This document shows positions 53,564 through 64,000 of a stretch of 64,000 nt of DNA, piece after piece. Both the position numbers and the translations under genes were made by a program. This stretch comes from Ginglymostoma cirratum (Eukaryota). Below the pieces are notes generated by a model. The model worked only from the letters and a program-made list of their open reading frames with translations. It did no database searches and was not told the DNA's origin. The stretch is from positions 31,998,461 to 32,062,460 of the forward strand of contig JAHRHZ010000270.1 in NCBI GenBank assembly GCA_024137785.1. Direction: 5' to 3'. Position 1 is the stretch's first letter, and the number at the start of each line of letters is the position of its first letter.

Positions 53564-54568
53564 AACACTTCTCTCTCCTTCCTGGACCTCTCTGTCTCCA
53601 TCTCGGGCAACCACCTAGAGACAGATGTCCATTTCAAGCCCACTGACTCCCACAGCTACCTGGAATACACCTCCTCCCACCCACCCTCCTGCAAAAATGC
53701 CATCCCCTATTCCCAATTCCTTCGCCTCCGCCGCATCTGCTCCCAGGATGAGACATTCCAATCCCGCACATCTCAAATGTCCTCATTCTTCAAGGACCGC
53801 AACTTCCCCCCCACAGTGGTCGAGAACGCCCTCGACCGTGTCTCCCGCATTTCCCGGAACACATCCCTCACGCCCCGTCCCCGCAACAATAATCAAAAAA
53901 GAATCCCCCTCGTCCTCACATACCACCCCACCAACCTCCGGATCCAACGCATCATCCTCCGACACTTCCGCCATCTACAGTCAGACCCCACCACCAAAGA
54001 CATCTTTCCCTCCCCACCCTTATCTGCCTTCCGGAGGGACCACTCCCTCCGCGACTCCCTTGTCCGCGCCACACTCCCCTCCAGCCCCACCACACCCGGC
54101 ACTTTTCCTTGTAACCGCAGGAAGTGCTACACCTGCCCCCACACCTCCTCCCTCACCCCAATCCCAGGCCCCAAGAAGACATTCCACATCAGGCAGAGGT
54201 TCACCTGCACATCTGCCAATGTGGTATACTGCATCCGCTGCACCCGTTGTGGCTTCCTCTACATCGGGGAAACCAAGCGGAGGCTTGGGGACCGCTTTGC
54301 AGAACACCTGCGCTCAGTTCGCAACAAACAACTGCACCTCCCAGTCGCGAACCATTTCAACTCCCCCTCCCATTCCTCAGATGACATGTCCATCCTTGGC
54401 CTCCTACAATGCCACAGTGATGCCACCCGAAGGCTGCAGGAACAGCAAATCATATTCAGCCTGGGAACCCTGCAGCCCAATGGCATCAATGTGGATTTCA
54501 CAAGTTTCAAAATCTCCCCTCCCCCAACCGCATCCCAAAACCAGCCCAGCTCATCTCCACCTCCCTAA
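53564..54568 (+). CDS. PLE polyprotein C-terminal part: RT thumb, Cys-rich linker and GIY-YIG endonuclease (5' end lost in the gap)
   Basis: 334 stop-free codons: SFLDLSV, FKPTDSHSYLEYTSSHP, IPYSQFLRLRRICS, PCNRRKCYTCPH, FTCTSANVVYCIRCTRCGFLYIGETKRRLGDRFAEH, LQPNGIN. Confidence 0.92.
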   Translation, partial: NTSLSFLDLSVSISGNHLETDVHFKPTDSHSYLEYTSSHPPSCKNAIPYSQFLRLRRICSQDETFQSRTSQMSSFFKDRNFPPTVVENALDRVSRISRNTSLTPRPRNNNQKRIPLVLTYHPTNLRIQRIILRHFRHLQSDPTTKDIFPSPPLSAFRRDHSLRDSLVRATLPSSPTTPGTFPCNRRKCYTCPHTSSLTPIPGPKKTFHIRQRFTCTSANVVYCIRCTRCGFLYIGETKRRLGDRFAEHLRSVRNKQLHLPVANHFNSPSHSSDDMSILGLLQCHSDATRRLQEQQIIFSLGTLQPNGINVDFTSFKISPPPTASQNQPSSSPPP

Positions 54569-54820
54569 CCTGTTTTTCCTCTCACCTCAAGCCACACCCC
54601 CCTCTCCTATCTACTAACATCATCCCGCCCCCTTGACCTGTCCGTCCTCCCTGGACTGACCTATCTCCTCCCTACCCCCCTACCTACCCTCACTTTTACT
54701 GGCTCCATCCCCGCCTCTTCGACTTGTCTGCCTCCTCCCCACCTATCCTCTCCTCTATCCATCCTCTATCCGCCTCCCCCTCTCTTCCTATTTATTTCAG
54801 AACCCTCTTCCCCTCCCCCA

Positions 54821-54854
54821 TTTCTGATGAAGGGTCTAGGCCCGAAACGTCAAG
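54821..54854 (+). ncRNA. Minimal hammerhead ribozyme, family A (right arm), intact core
   Basis: ttt-CTGATGA(54824-54830)-A-GGG-tctagg-CCC-GAAA-CG-TC|aag. Predicted cleavage after 54851. Confidence 0.78.
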
Positions 54855-55626
54855 CTTTCCTGCTCCTATGATGCTGCTTGACCTGCTGTGTTCATCCAGC
54901 CCCATGCTTGTTATCTCGGATTCTCCAGCATCTGCAGTACCTTTTATCTCTAATGAAAATTCCTAAACCGTTTCATGAGTTGGCTTTTGCTCTCTCTCTA
55001 AGAGGGAGTTGGGACATAGGGGAAGCATAGCAGGGTGAGCACAAGGGACAAAATTATCTTTTCTTTCCCTGATAATTTGGATGATTTTCAGCACAAAGTT
55101 GTAAAGTGTAGCAATTGATACAACTCCAAAAACTGAAGCCAGGAGCGGAAGTGAAAGGAAAAGACGAAAGGGCTACAATGAGTTATTATACTGGATTTAT
55201 CAGCCATAATTCTGCAGCTGTACAGACCAAGAACCATCATAGCATCCCATTCTCTTCATGAAACTGTGATTGCTTTCACTGTTGATGTTAGCCTGCATCT
55301 ATAAATCCTTGTAGTCAATCATTCAAAGAATTGGTTAGGGCTGAAACAAAGACTGAAGTCAATTTCCTTTGTGCTACTGACAGCGAACCACTTTAAATTG
55401 AGACATATAACTCTGAATTGCTGCGGCCACACTAAATCCTCAGTTTGTTTTGATGAATCAATATGACCAGCATTTTTCATTTTCAATAACATCAATTGCC
55501 TATTCACGCCTCACATGCATGAATAATTGCCATTGTGAATTTTGTAAGCAGTCTAACTCCACTAGTATATGACTAGTTTACTCATTTCTCTTATTTCCTT
55601 AGGTTGTAACTTAGTTCAAATAGGTA

Positions 55627-55952
55627 TCATAGAATCCCTACAGTATGGACCCAAGCCATTCAGCCCATCGAGTTCACACTGATCCTCTGAAAATCATTTC
55701 ACCCAGACCCTCCAGTATCCATGTAATTTCCATGGATAATCTACCCAATCCCTGGACACTATAGGCAATTTAGCATGGCCAATTCACCTAACCTACATAT
55801 CTTTGCGCTGTCAGAGGAAAGCAGAGCACCCGCAGCAAACTCATGCAGACACAAGGAGAATGTGCAAACACAACACAGTCACTCAATGGTGGAATCAAAT
55901 CCGGGTCCCTGGCACTGTGAGGCAGCAGTGCTAACCATTGAGCCACTGTGCT
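55627..55952 (-). mobile_element. HE1-like V-SINE
   Basis: Collinear with 40626-40950. Confidence 0.8.
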
Positions 55953-56251
55953 GTCTCTTCAGTCATATCTTTCAATGCTTTGTGTTTCTATTGGTGGTTG
56001 AATAACAGTTAATTTAAACCCATGTCAATAATTGGATACATGACCTCTTCATAGAATCATTATCAAAATAATTGTTGAAGTTAACTTGGTGTCTGTTAGA
56101 AATTGCTGTCTTTATGAATAAACAAAACATTTACAAGTAAAGCAGGTTGTAGCATCATGAGAAGTAAGAACAGGAGTAGGACATTCAGTCCATTAAACCT
56201 GCTTCAACATTCAATAACATCGTAGTTGATGGTGTGGCTTGTCCTCCAACT

Positions 56252-56610
56252 AGGGGAGGCAATGGCCTAGTGGTATTACCACTGGACTGTTAATCCAGAG
56301 ACCCAGATAGTGTTTTGGGGACTTGGGTTTGAATCCTGCCATGGCAGATGGTGGAATTTGAATTCAGAAATATCTGGAATTAAGGGTCTAATAATGACCA
56401 TGAATTCATTGTCAATTGTTGGAAAAATCCATCTGGTTCACTAATGTCCTTTAGGGAGGGAAACTGCCATCCTTACCTGGTCTGGCCTACATGTGAGCCC
56501 AGACCCACAGCAACGTGGTTGACTCTTAACTGCTCTCTGGGCAACTTGGGACAGGCAACAAATGCTGACATGGCCAGCGACGCCCTCATCCTGTCAATGA
56601 ATGGAAAAAG
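56252..56610 (+). mobile_element. Full-length tRNA-derived SINE
   Basis: tggcctagtgg A box and ggtttgaatcc B box; collinear with 36480-36836. Confidence 0.82.
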
Positions 56611-59319
56611 ACTAGAAATTCAGAGCCAAGTCAGCCCCCATTAGCACTGAAACCATGACGCAATTCTATTCCTGAAGTCATGGCTTCACCACTCCTCTGA
56701 CACTGGATGTTCTGTTTCCAAAAGTTGTTGGCCAATCAGATAGCAGTACTTGGCCCAGTGAACTCAAGCAGGCCAGGAGTGCTGCTAAGTGAGGTCAGAG
56801 ATCAACGAGGCCAGCAAGGGACCCCCATAGTCTGCAGGAAGTATAACATGACATTCTTTCTTGACCTCTTAAATCTCATTTGGGCACAGTCCAAGGCTTA
56901 GTCCTACCTGCTCCAGATTCCTGGGATTTTACCCAATCAGTTGAGCTTTGAGCTTGAACGTGTGAAGGTTCTGATTACTGTGTCTTCATAAGGTCCAAAA
57001 CCCCGAATCCATCCTGGGCTCTGTGGATCTCCCCATCTGAGCACAGGATGTTACCAACCTGCGAGTGAGGCACCCAATAATGGATACTTTCCAATTTCTA
57101 GGTCTGGATTCTGCAATATCTCAATCAAATACATTGTTTCAGTTATCTCAATCATGCTTGGGTACAAACTTTCAAATGGCTGCCACAAATATAGGACAGT
57201 GGGATGTGAAGGGGCACATGCCAATGATGCAGTTTTACAGTCTTTGCAACAACCTTCTTTCTCATCATATCACAGGTACTTTGTGCTGATGAATTGTTTT
57301 AGGAATGAAAACAAAGAGTTTAACTTCTGCTGTGATAGTGTTCAAGACACAAAGTATAGAGTTGCTGCACCTCCGAAACACTTTGTTTCCAGTGAACACT
57401 TGCCTGGCTTTTAATGAAGCCTCACTTTTACAATACTTTGGTTTTAAATATAACAATTTCTTTAATTATAACAGAGAAGTATTTCAGCTTGTTGCTTGCA
57501 GAACTTTAACAGTTTGGGCCTGGGAATTTTTTTCTCTCTATCAACTGATACTTTAACTATTAAGAACATATATAAAGAGAAAAAAAGGGCCGAAGGGCCT
57601 GTACTGCGCTGTAATGTTCTAAATGCAAATTATAGTACTTGTTTATCAGTAGAGTATAGTTACAACACACTATACTTACTTTGATTAGGACAGCCTCCTG
57701 GCAGATGACGGCAGCTGGTCCTGTTATTCCAGCAGAGGTAGATCATACCTGGCATTTCCCTGAAGATTAAGATGGATTCTATGTTAAATCACTGTGCATG
57801 GCTGAGATTATTTTGAGAATCCAACAACATGACAGGATCTCAGCTATCCGCGCGCTGTCGTGCAAGTGTTACTCAGTCCGAGTTGTCCTTGACTCCAGCA
57901 GCAGATCCAATTTCCCCTCAGGATTGGTTGTCCATTATATAATCTTCAAACTGGTATTGGTTGTCCCCAACCTCGAAGCTGCTTCAAGAACGGATGCAGA
58001 AAACTGCAATGGAGTATGAGCCTGGATTAAAGATGATAATGTGTGTGAGACAGGGAGAATAACTTAACCAGTCACTGTGTGCCTCTGTTATTGGTGGCCA
58101 AACAATGCGAGTGTTGTGCAGGAAGTAGGAAGATCCCGACAGTGTGCTCTTACGCTCTGAGAGGAGGGTTTACAAAAAGGCCCAAGCAGAGAATTGGCCT
58201 CACTCTCAATGCCGTTTTCCACACATGTGGACCTATTCCAGTGCCATCGCTTTTTGTCACTGTCTCTATTCTTTGCACATGTGTAAATATTTGGATACGT
58301 GGCTTCATTGGAGCCCTCCATTCCAATGTTTGTTTTGTTGAAGTAATCAAAGGCATTCAGTGTTTCACAGGACTGATGACTGCACTCTTCTCAGTTGTGT
58401 ACAGATATGAAAAGAAACACAGTGTAAGGGGGATTTAAAGACACAGCAATCTTATTTTATTGCTTGACATTGATAACCCTTTGCAAGTGTACTGGAGCAC
58501 GGCTTCAGAGACAATACAATCTGTGTGGTGTACAGTTTGTAACTTATAACAGGTGCCATATAAAAACTCTATGTAGAAATGATCACCTTTGTTTGGTATT
58601 ATAAAGTAATACAAAACAATGCACAGAACTGAAAGACTTCATGAAATTAGTTATAAAATGGTTATCGGAGAACTCAGTATTGTTCACCTATCTGAAGGAC
58701 CTATGAATATATGAGCATTGATAAACAGGAAATAACTGGTCAATTCGGCCATACCCACTGTGCCTTCAAAATTCATATTCAATGCAGCAAAAAAATTGTT
58801 GCCAGGTCTTGATTCCATGTACCAAATGTGTTCTGAAATACAACATTAGATTGATGGCAATGGGCTGTTAACAAAATGTAAGGACTGTTAGTATCCAGCA
58901 AATTAACTTAAGGGTGACGATTTAGCCTTTGAGCTTGTTCCAACATTCAACAAGATGAATCTCAATTGTGCCCTAACTCCATATTTTAGCAGGGTGGAGT
59001 TAGCTCAGTTGGCTGGATGGCTGATTTGCAAAGCAAAGGTAACACTAACAGCTTGGGTTCAATACCCATACCAGCTGAAATTATCACATAGGACGCTCCT
59101 TCTCAATATCTCCCTTTACCTGAAGTATGGTGATTCTCAGGTTTAATTACCATCAGTGACCTCTCGCTAATGAAAGAGCAGTCCAGTAACACTATGGCAA
59201 CTCTAGTTACTTGCTTTGTCCCATTACCCCAATATCTATGGTTAACAATGCAACAGCATCAGGAATGCCAATGCTGGACACAAGACTCCTTTAAGTAAGA
59301 CAGACAGTTAACATCAGGG

Positions 59320-59470
59320 AATGAAATTTGGTGTGGAAACCATGGAAATGGACCTCCATGGGTAACAGGCATGGTCAATGCAAGGTCAGATCCCGTGATG
59401 TACAAATTTTGGGTGGGTGAGGCAGTCCTGAACAAGCACCTGGACCATATGAAAGGTGCAAACCCTCAGA
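59320..59470 (+). mobile_element. Gypsy integrase C-terminal fragment
   Basis: IWCGNHGNGPPWVTGMVNARSDPVMYKFWVGEAVLNKHLDHMK resembles the W..G.V....GPVSY.V.......RHVDQL pattern. Confidence 0.65.
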
Positions 59471-61004
59471 TAGGACAGGGGAAAACCATACCTGTCCCCT
59501 CAGAATATCTAGAAAGGCTGTCGGAATCCGTGGATTCTCTCCTTCCATCTAGCGAACCTTGGTCTCTGAGAGTTGGCTCTGAGGAAGTCGGGCCAGTGTC
59601 AAAGTGCTATGCATGTGTACATGAAGGGTGACTTGGTGATCCTTGTGTGGAGTTATTTCAAACAAAGAAACTATCAATTCCAAATTTAAAATGAACAGTG
59701 GATCTTGTATCAAATGTCACTTTATGAAAGACAGTTCAAACCATTGACTGCCTTTTCTGTGTAGAAGTGTTCCCTCATTTCACTCCTGTTGGTCTGTACT
59801 TAATTTTTATGCTATGCCCTTTGTTAGATTTCTCAGCCAGCAGAAACAGTTTCTCCAAAGCTACCCTATCTGTGTCTCTTCATCACTTGAAAACTTTGAT
59901 TAACTCACCTCTTCCTCTGTAATAATATTATGGATAAATGATTTTCTGTTTTGCTGTTTCATTGGGCATCCCCATCACTGAGACCAGAAATAAGAATACT
60001 ATAAAGTAATAGAACATAATCTTGAGCTTTGCTACTGACAACAGACGAAGCCCTGACACAGAATTCACATGCTCGCAGCATTTGTGAGTGCGAATGCTGA
60101 AAGACAACATCTGGAGAGAGAGTGTATGGGTGTGAGATGGTATAAAGATAAAGTAAGTGTGAGCTTGGCTGCCCAGATCGGGTGTGAGGAGGTGCCTGGA
60201 AATTCTTAAGAAAACCTTCAGAAGAGAATGGAGGTAGGTGGCTATGGAGTCAACTCTTGGCTTCTGAATCCGAAAGCCTGTTGGAACAAAATTAGGCAAA
60301 GCTTCTACACAGAAAAGGCGGTCAAAGTTTGGAATCTTCCACAAGCAATAAATGATACAGGATCCATTGATAATTTTTAATTGGGAATTGATTACATTCC
60401 GTTAACCATAGTTATTGAGGGAGCGGCTACAGCAGGTATATGGAATTAGGATACAATTGACAGATCAGAAGTTTATTAAGCTCAATATCAAGTTGTCAAA
60501 TGCATCTTCAAAAGGCATGATACATGCACCAATGTTTCACACTGTTCATTGCACCACATCGTGTCATTTGCCCATCAGGAACCCCTGACTCACACTCAAT
60601 ATCCAGATATTCCGCATCATCCTATTGATGAAGCCAGCTGCATACCCACCTCTTTCTGTCTCCAGCTATTCTATCATGGTAGATACATCACCCAAGTACA
60701 GTGCTGTGACAAGCTGCACAAAGGACAGGAAAATGACCTGGCCTTGGGACCATGGTTGAATATAGCAACAGATTCTGCTAAAGGAAGGTGGGAACACCTG
60801 CACGTTCATTTAAGTCCATTTCAAAGTCCTTTTCGAGTTATCGATGAAAAGTAAAGACTTTTCAGTTTAGACAGCAGGGATCATTTTTGTAACTGCGATC
60901 AGCTTCCTGTTCACAACATGACTTCTCTGCTGTGAGATGTCCTGGCCTACAGTTCCAACTTTTCAAATGTTTCAAAATGGCACCAGAACAGTAGGTAGTA
61001 TTTG

Positions 61005-61665
61005 AGTTTGTTGGAGCCCGTTCGCTTCAGGCCCGCGGCATCATTTCCTTTATGTACTTTTCATCCTTTTTCTTTTCTGCTTCCTTTCTTCTTCATCTTT
61101 GAAGCTGGAGTGGAGTCGGCGGGGTAGAGGCTGCAGTGTCAGCAGGACTCCTCACAGTCATGGTAGGTCTAGATGTTGGACAACTGGTGGCAGTAGACTG
61201 CTGGCAGGGGTAGGACTGGAGCCTGGACTCCCAGTAGCGGTAGGCCCCAGAGCCTGGACTTCAGGCAGCGGTAGGCCTGGAGCCTGGACTTCTGGCAGTG
61301 ATAGGCCTGGAGCCTGGACTCCCAGTGGTGGTAGGCCTGGAGCCCAGACTTCTGGCGGCGGTAGGTCCAGAGCCTGAACTCTTGGCAGTGTCAGCGAGGC
61401 AGTGGTGGTGGCAGCAGAACCAGAGGGTCCTAGGACATTGGCATCGTTGTTGCTGTTCCCAGAGTGGGACTCCTTGAGGACAGGAACACCTTGCAGAAGC
61501 CCGGAAGCTATGACTTGAGATGCCAATTTGAACAAAACATGAACTCTTATAAATGAAATTTCTTTTTATCCTTATTGTACCTCGAAATGGTGCCAGACAG
61601 TGGTGACAAAACACTTTTCACTGTATCTTCAAAATATAATGTGACGATAAATTAATTATTCATTC
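61005..61665 (+). mobile_element. Non-autonomous retroposon with a Rex/Babar-like tail and an internal minisatellite
   Basis: Ends cacttttcactgtatc...tgtgacgataaa, like 48-97 and 28753-28800. No coding capacity evident. Confidence 0.5.
61201..61390. repeat. 30-bp GC-rich minisatellite, ~6 copies (ggtaggcctggagcctggacttctggcagc)
   Basis: Directly visible periodicity. Confidence 0.92.
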
Positions 61666-61911
61666 TCTCCAACTGGGCGCGAAGGCCCCATTCACATTGC
61701 AACTGTTAAATTTCTCATCCAAGATGCAATCTTGACCAGACAACTTGTGGATCTCCAACTATCTTAAAGAAACTGCAGGAGATGAACTAATTAGAGGAGA
61801 GTGAGAACAGAGAATATGATGTGACTGCTGGTGTGAAAGTGGTTTACACTTGAGAAGATTCCATGCCTTGTTATTTTAATCAAAGGAGGTGTGTGTAGCA
61901 GAAAGACTTAC

Positions 61912-61936
61912 CTGGCCTGTTAAGGGAGAAGATATC
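61912..61936 (-). other. Candidate 25-nt microexon
   Basis: ctcttttttctttttcag|GATATCTTCTCCCTTAACAGGCCAG|gtaagt: near-consensus splice sites on both sides. Confidence 0.5.
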
Positions 61937-62148
61937 CTGAAAAAGAAAAAAGAGTTTTACATATTTCCTGCAGTAAGCATATCAAATAATACAATTCCAT
62001 TCCTTGGAAATGTCTCATTTAAAAGCAAGCCTGAAGAATACTGGTGGGTAATAGCAGAGAAACCAGATTTGTCATCAGTTCAGTAATAAATGATGTTTAT
62101 ACTCCTACACAAATCAAGAGCCTATCCCTGTAGATAACTAACAATAAC

Positions 62149-64000
62149 CAAGTTATCTCTGCTATAACGCGTGTTTCACCAATGTGAATTGGCTACAGTG
62201 CAACTGACGAATAGGGGAACGTTATTTCTAAAGCGCGAAGTTGTGTTAACTATAACGCGATTCCATCGGTGTGCAGAGGAGTACGCGTTGACATCACATG
62301 ATCATTTCGCAGGCTTTGTCCTGAGCATGCTCAATGTTAGCACCGAAAGAGTCTCCGCTCCAGCATCACATGATTGTTTTGCAGATTTTGTCATGAAGCA
62401 CTTTCTGTCACAGGTACAGCACTCTGTGATTTTCGGGTTTTTTTTGCAAATTCTGCCATGTTACCCACGAAAATGCGAAGACAAAGTGACAAGAAGTGTC
62501 TGGGTGACAAAATTGCGGGTGGAAAATGTAGAAGAAAGGCTGTATCACTGCGAGAGAAGCTAGATGTTATAAAGGGTTTTAAGTGTGATGAGACAACACG
62601 TGAGAAAGTTTGCGTAACAGGAATAAACGAATCTACCTTACACACTATTAGTAACAACACAGGAAAGATTAAAGCAACCTGCATTGCTGAAACAAGTCTG
62701 AGTGCGAGCAAATCTGTGAGATCATGGACAAAGGAATTTGAGGAGATGGAGCGGCTTCTAAGTGTGTGGATAGAAGATCTGTGGCCACCTCTCTCAGCAT
62801 AAAAGAGGAAGCCTTATCATTTTATGAAGATCTAACAAAAAAAGCTGAAACTCCTGCAGATGTGCATGCCTTTAGTGCTAGCAGTGGCTGGTTTGCTGGT
62901 TTTAAGAACTGCTATGCTTTTTATAACATAAAGTTATGTGGCAAAGCTGCCAGTACAGACGAGGAGCATGCAATGGCATTTCCTCCCGTAGTAAAAGAAT
63001 TAAATGTTGAAGAAGGCTACAACGTAGATCAAATTTTCAATTTAGATAAGACAGGCTTATACTGGAAGTGAATGCCATCAAGAACCTACATTTCTATGAA
63101 TGAAGCACATGCTCCAGGCTTTAAGGTGGCAAAGGATCATATGACTGTGCTGCTGGGTGCCAATGCCAGCGGAGACCTAAAGCTTAAGCCTGTGGTGGTG
63201 TACCACTCTGCCAACCCGTGAGCCTTGAAAGTTTACCTTAAGTCAATTCTAGGCGTCTACTTTAGGTCAAGCAAAAGATGATGGGGCAATTTTTCTCTGA
63301 ACCTATTGTTGATGTTTTGGAAGATGTTTTTACAAAGTATTACAGGAAAAAAAAATTCAAGATTCTCCTCATCCAGGATAATATGCCACTGAGAGGGTTA
63401 AGGACAGTGTTCTTCAATTTTGGAAGAGCTTTAATATCAAGAATACAATTGACATTATCATGGAGGCCTGGGGTGATGTTAGGAAGGACTGCTTGCATGC
63501 AGTTTGGTGGAAGCATCTCCCAGATTTTTTTCAAGATTTTAAAATGTTTGATCCGTCAGAGGAGCTCCCAAGAACCAAAGAACATTGTGTCAATCTTGCA
63601 AAGCAAGTTGGATTTGAAGAAGTGCAGAGTGAAGATGTTGAAGAGCTGCTGGCATCCCACTGTGAAGACGTCTCTACAGCTGATCTACAACAGCTTGTTG
63701 CTGAAGGGGAAGTGGAAGCTGGAGACGAAGCCCAGAATACAGCACCACAAGAGCTTTCTACTTCTGTTTTGTCTTCTATCCTGAGGGTAACTGAGAAGCA
63801 GTGGCAGCTCTTAAAGGTCAATGATTACAATGTAGAATGCAGCAGGATAGCAGTTCATGGAATAAGATCTTATTTGGCACCCTATGAACAGCTTCTTCAT
63901 GAAAAAAAAGGTAAAACAGCAAAAGGTGGATGTCTTTTTTAAGCCAACCCCAAAGAAACAGTCAGAAGACAATGAACCACAGCCATCCAACTCTGGATTA
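62149..64000 (+). mobile_element. Tigger/pogo DNA transposon, running off the window edge
   Basis: TIR-like left end with repeated tataacgcg, followed by transposase remnants. Confidence 0.88.
62458..63942 (+). pseudogene. Inactivated Tigger transposase (psq-HTH, CENP-B HTH, DDE)
   Basis: RRKAVSLREKLDVIK, MERLLSVWIED, FSASSGWFAGFK, IFNLDKTGLYWK*MPSRTYI, TVLLGANASGDLKLKP, LLIQDN. Contains stops, frameshifts and an internal deletion after DN. Confidence 0.92.

Larger units (their letters stand above)
52485..54951. mobile_element. Young Neptune-type PLE (family A), large fold-back insertion spanning an assembly gap
   Basis: 52485-53163 is the near-identical reverse complement of ~54237-54915. 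14-bp TSD AATGAAAATTCCTA at 52471-52484 and 54952-54965. ~35-nt tail on the right arm only. Confidence 0.93.

Noticed and set aside
52783-54568. Long ORFs of 260-491 aa crossing the N run
   Set aside because: Artefacts of translating through the gap. Only 53564-54568 (+) and the mirrored fragment in the left arm are real PLE coding sequence.
53625-54617. 330-aa Pro/Ser/Thr-rich overlapping ORF
   Set aside because: Alternative frame of C-rich PLE coding sequence, with low complexity and no domain.
56252-56345. tRNA genes at the A/B-box motifs here and near 36485, 40900, 48895 and 58995
   Set aside because: These are SINE heads followed by SINE bodies, with no complete cloverleaf.
56992-57414. 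~140-codon stop-free plus-strand frame
   Set aside because: No recognisable domain or convincing splice or start signals; plausibly chance.
61099-61614. Repetitive ORFs (GRPGAWTSGS)n and (LPEVQAPGLP)n
   Set aside because: By-products of a 30-bp minisatellite whose unit length is divisible by 3.
62458-63942. Domesticated TIGD/CENP-B-like gene
   Set aside because: Multiple stops, frameshifts, a deletion in the DDE domain and a retained TIR-like end indicate a dead transposon.

Overview
Repeat-rich vertebrate genomic DNA, almost certainly shark: HE1/V-type and Deu-type SINEs, CR1 LINEs and Rex/Babar LINEs are present. This organism call is an inference from repeat content. I could not identify any complete host gene; there are only a few isolated candidate exons. 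The dominant signal is a dense set of Penelope-like retroelement (PLE) insertions from at least four sequence families. Each family carries its own minimal type-I hammerhead ribozyme (CUGANGA / stem II / GAAA-NN-UH) in the 3' terminal repeat. Many copies are fold-back (inverted-arm) insertions with 10-15 bp target-site duplications (TSDs) and a ~35-nt tail on one arm only. Several very short copies start at, or right next to, the predicted ribozyme cleavage site. The largest copy (52485-54951, spanning a 400-N gap) has an uninterrupted RT-thumb/Cys-linker/GIY-YIG frame. Also present: a clean solo LTR, a decayed Gypsy element, Harbinger Myb remnants, a dead Tigger transposase and a microhomology-flanked 188-bp templated insertion. 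All calls were made by eye, and boundaries of old repeats are approximate.
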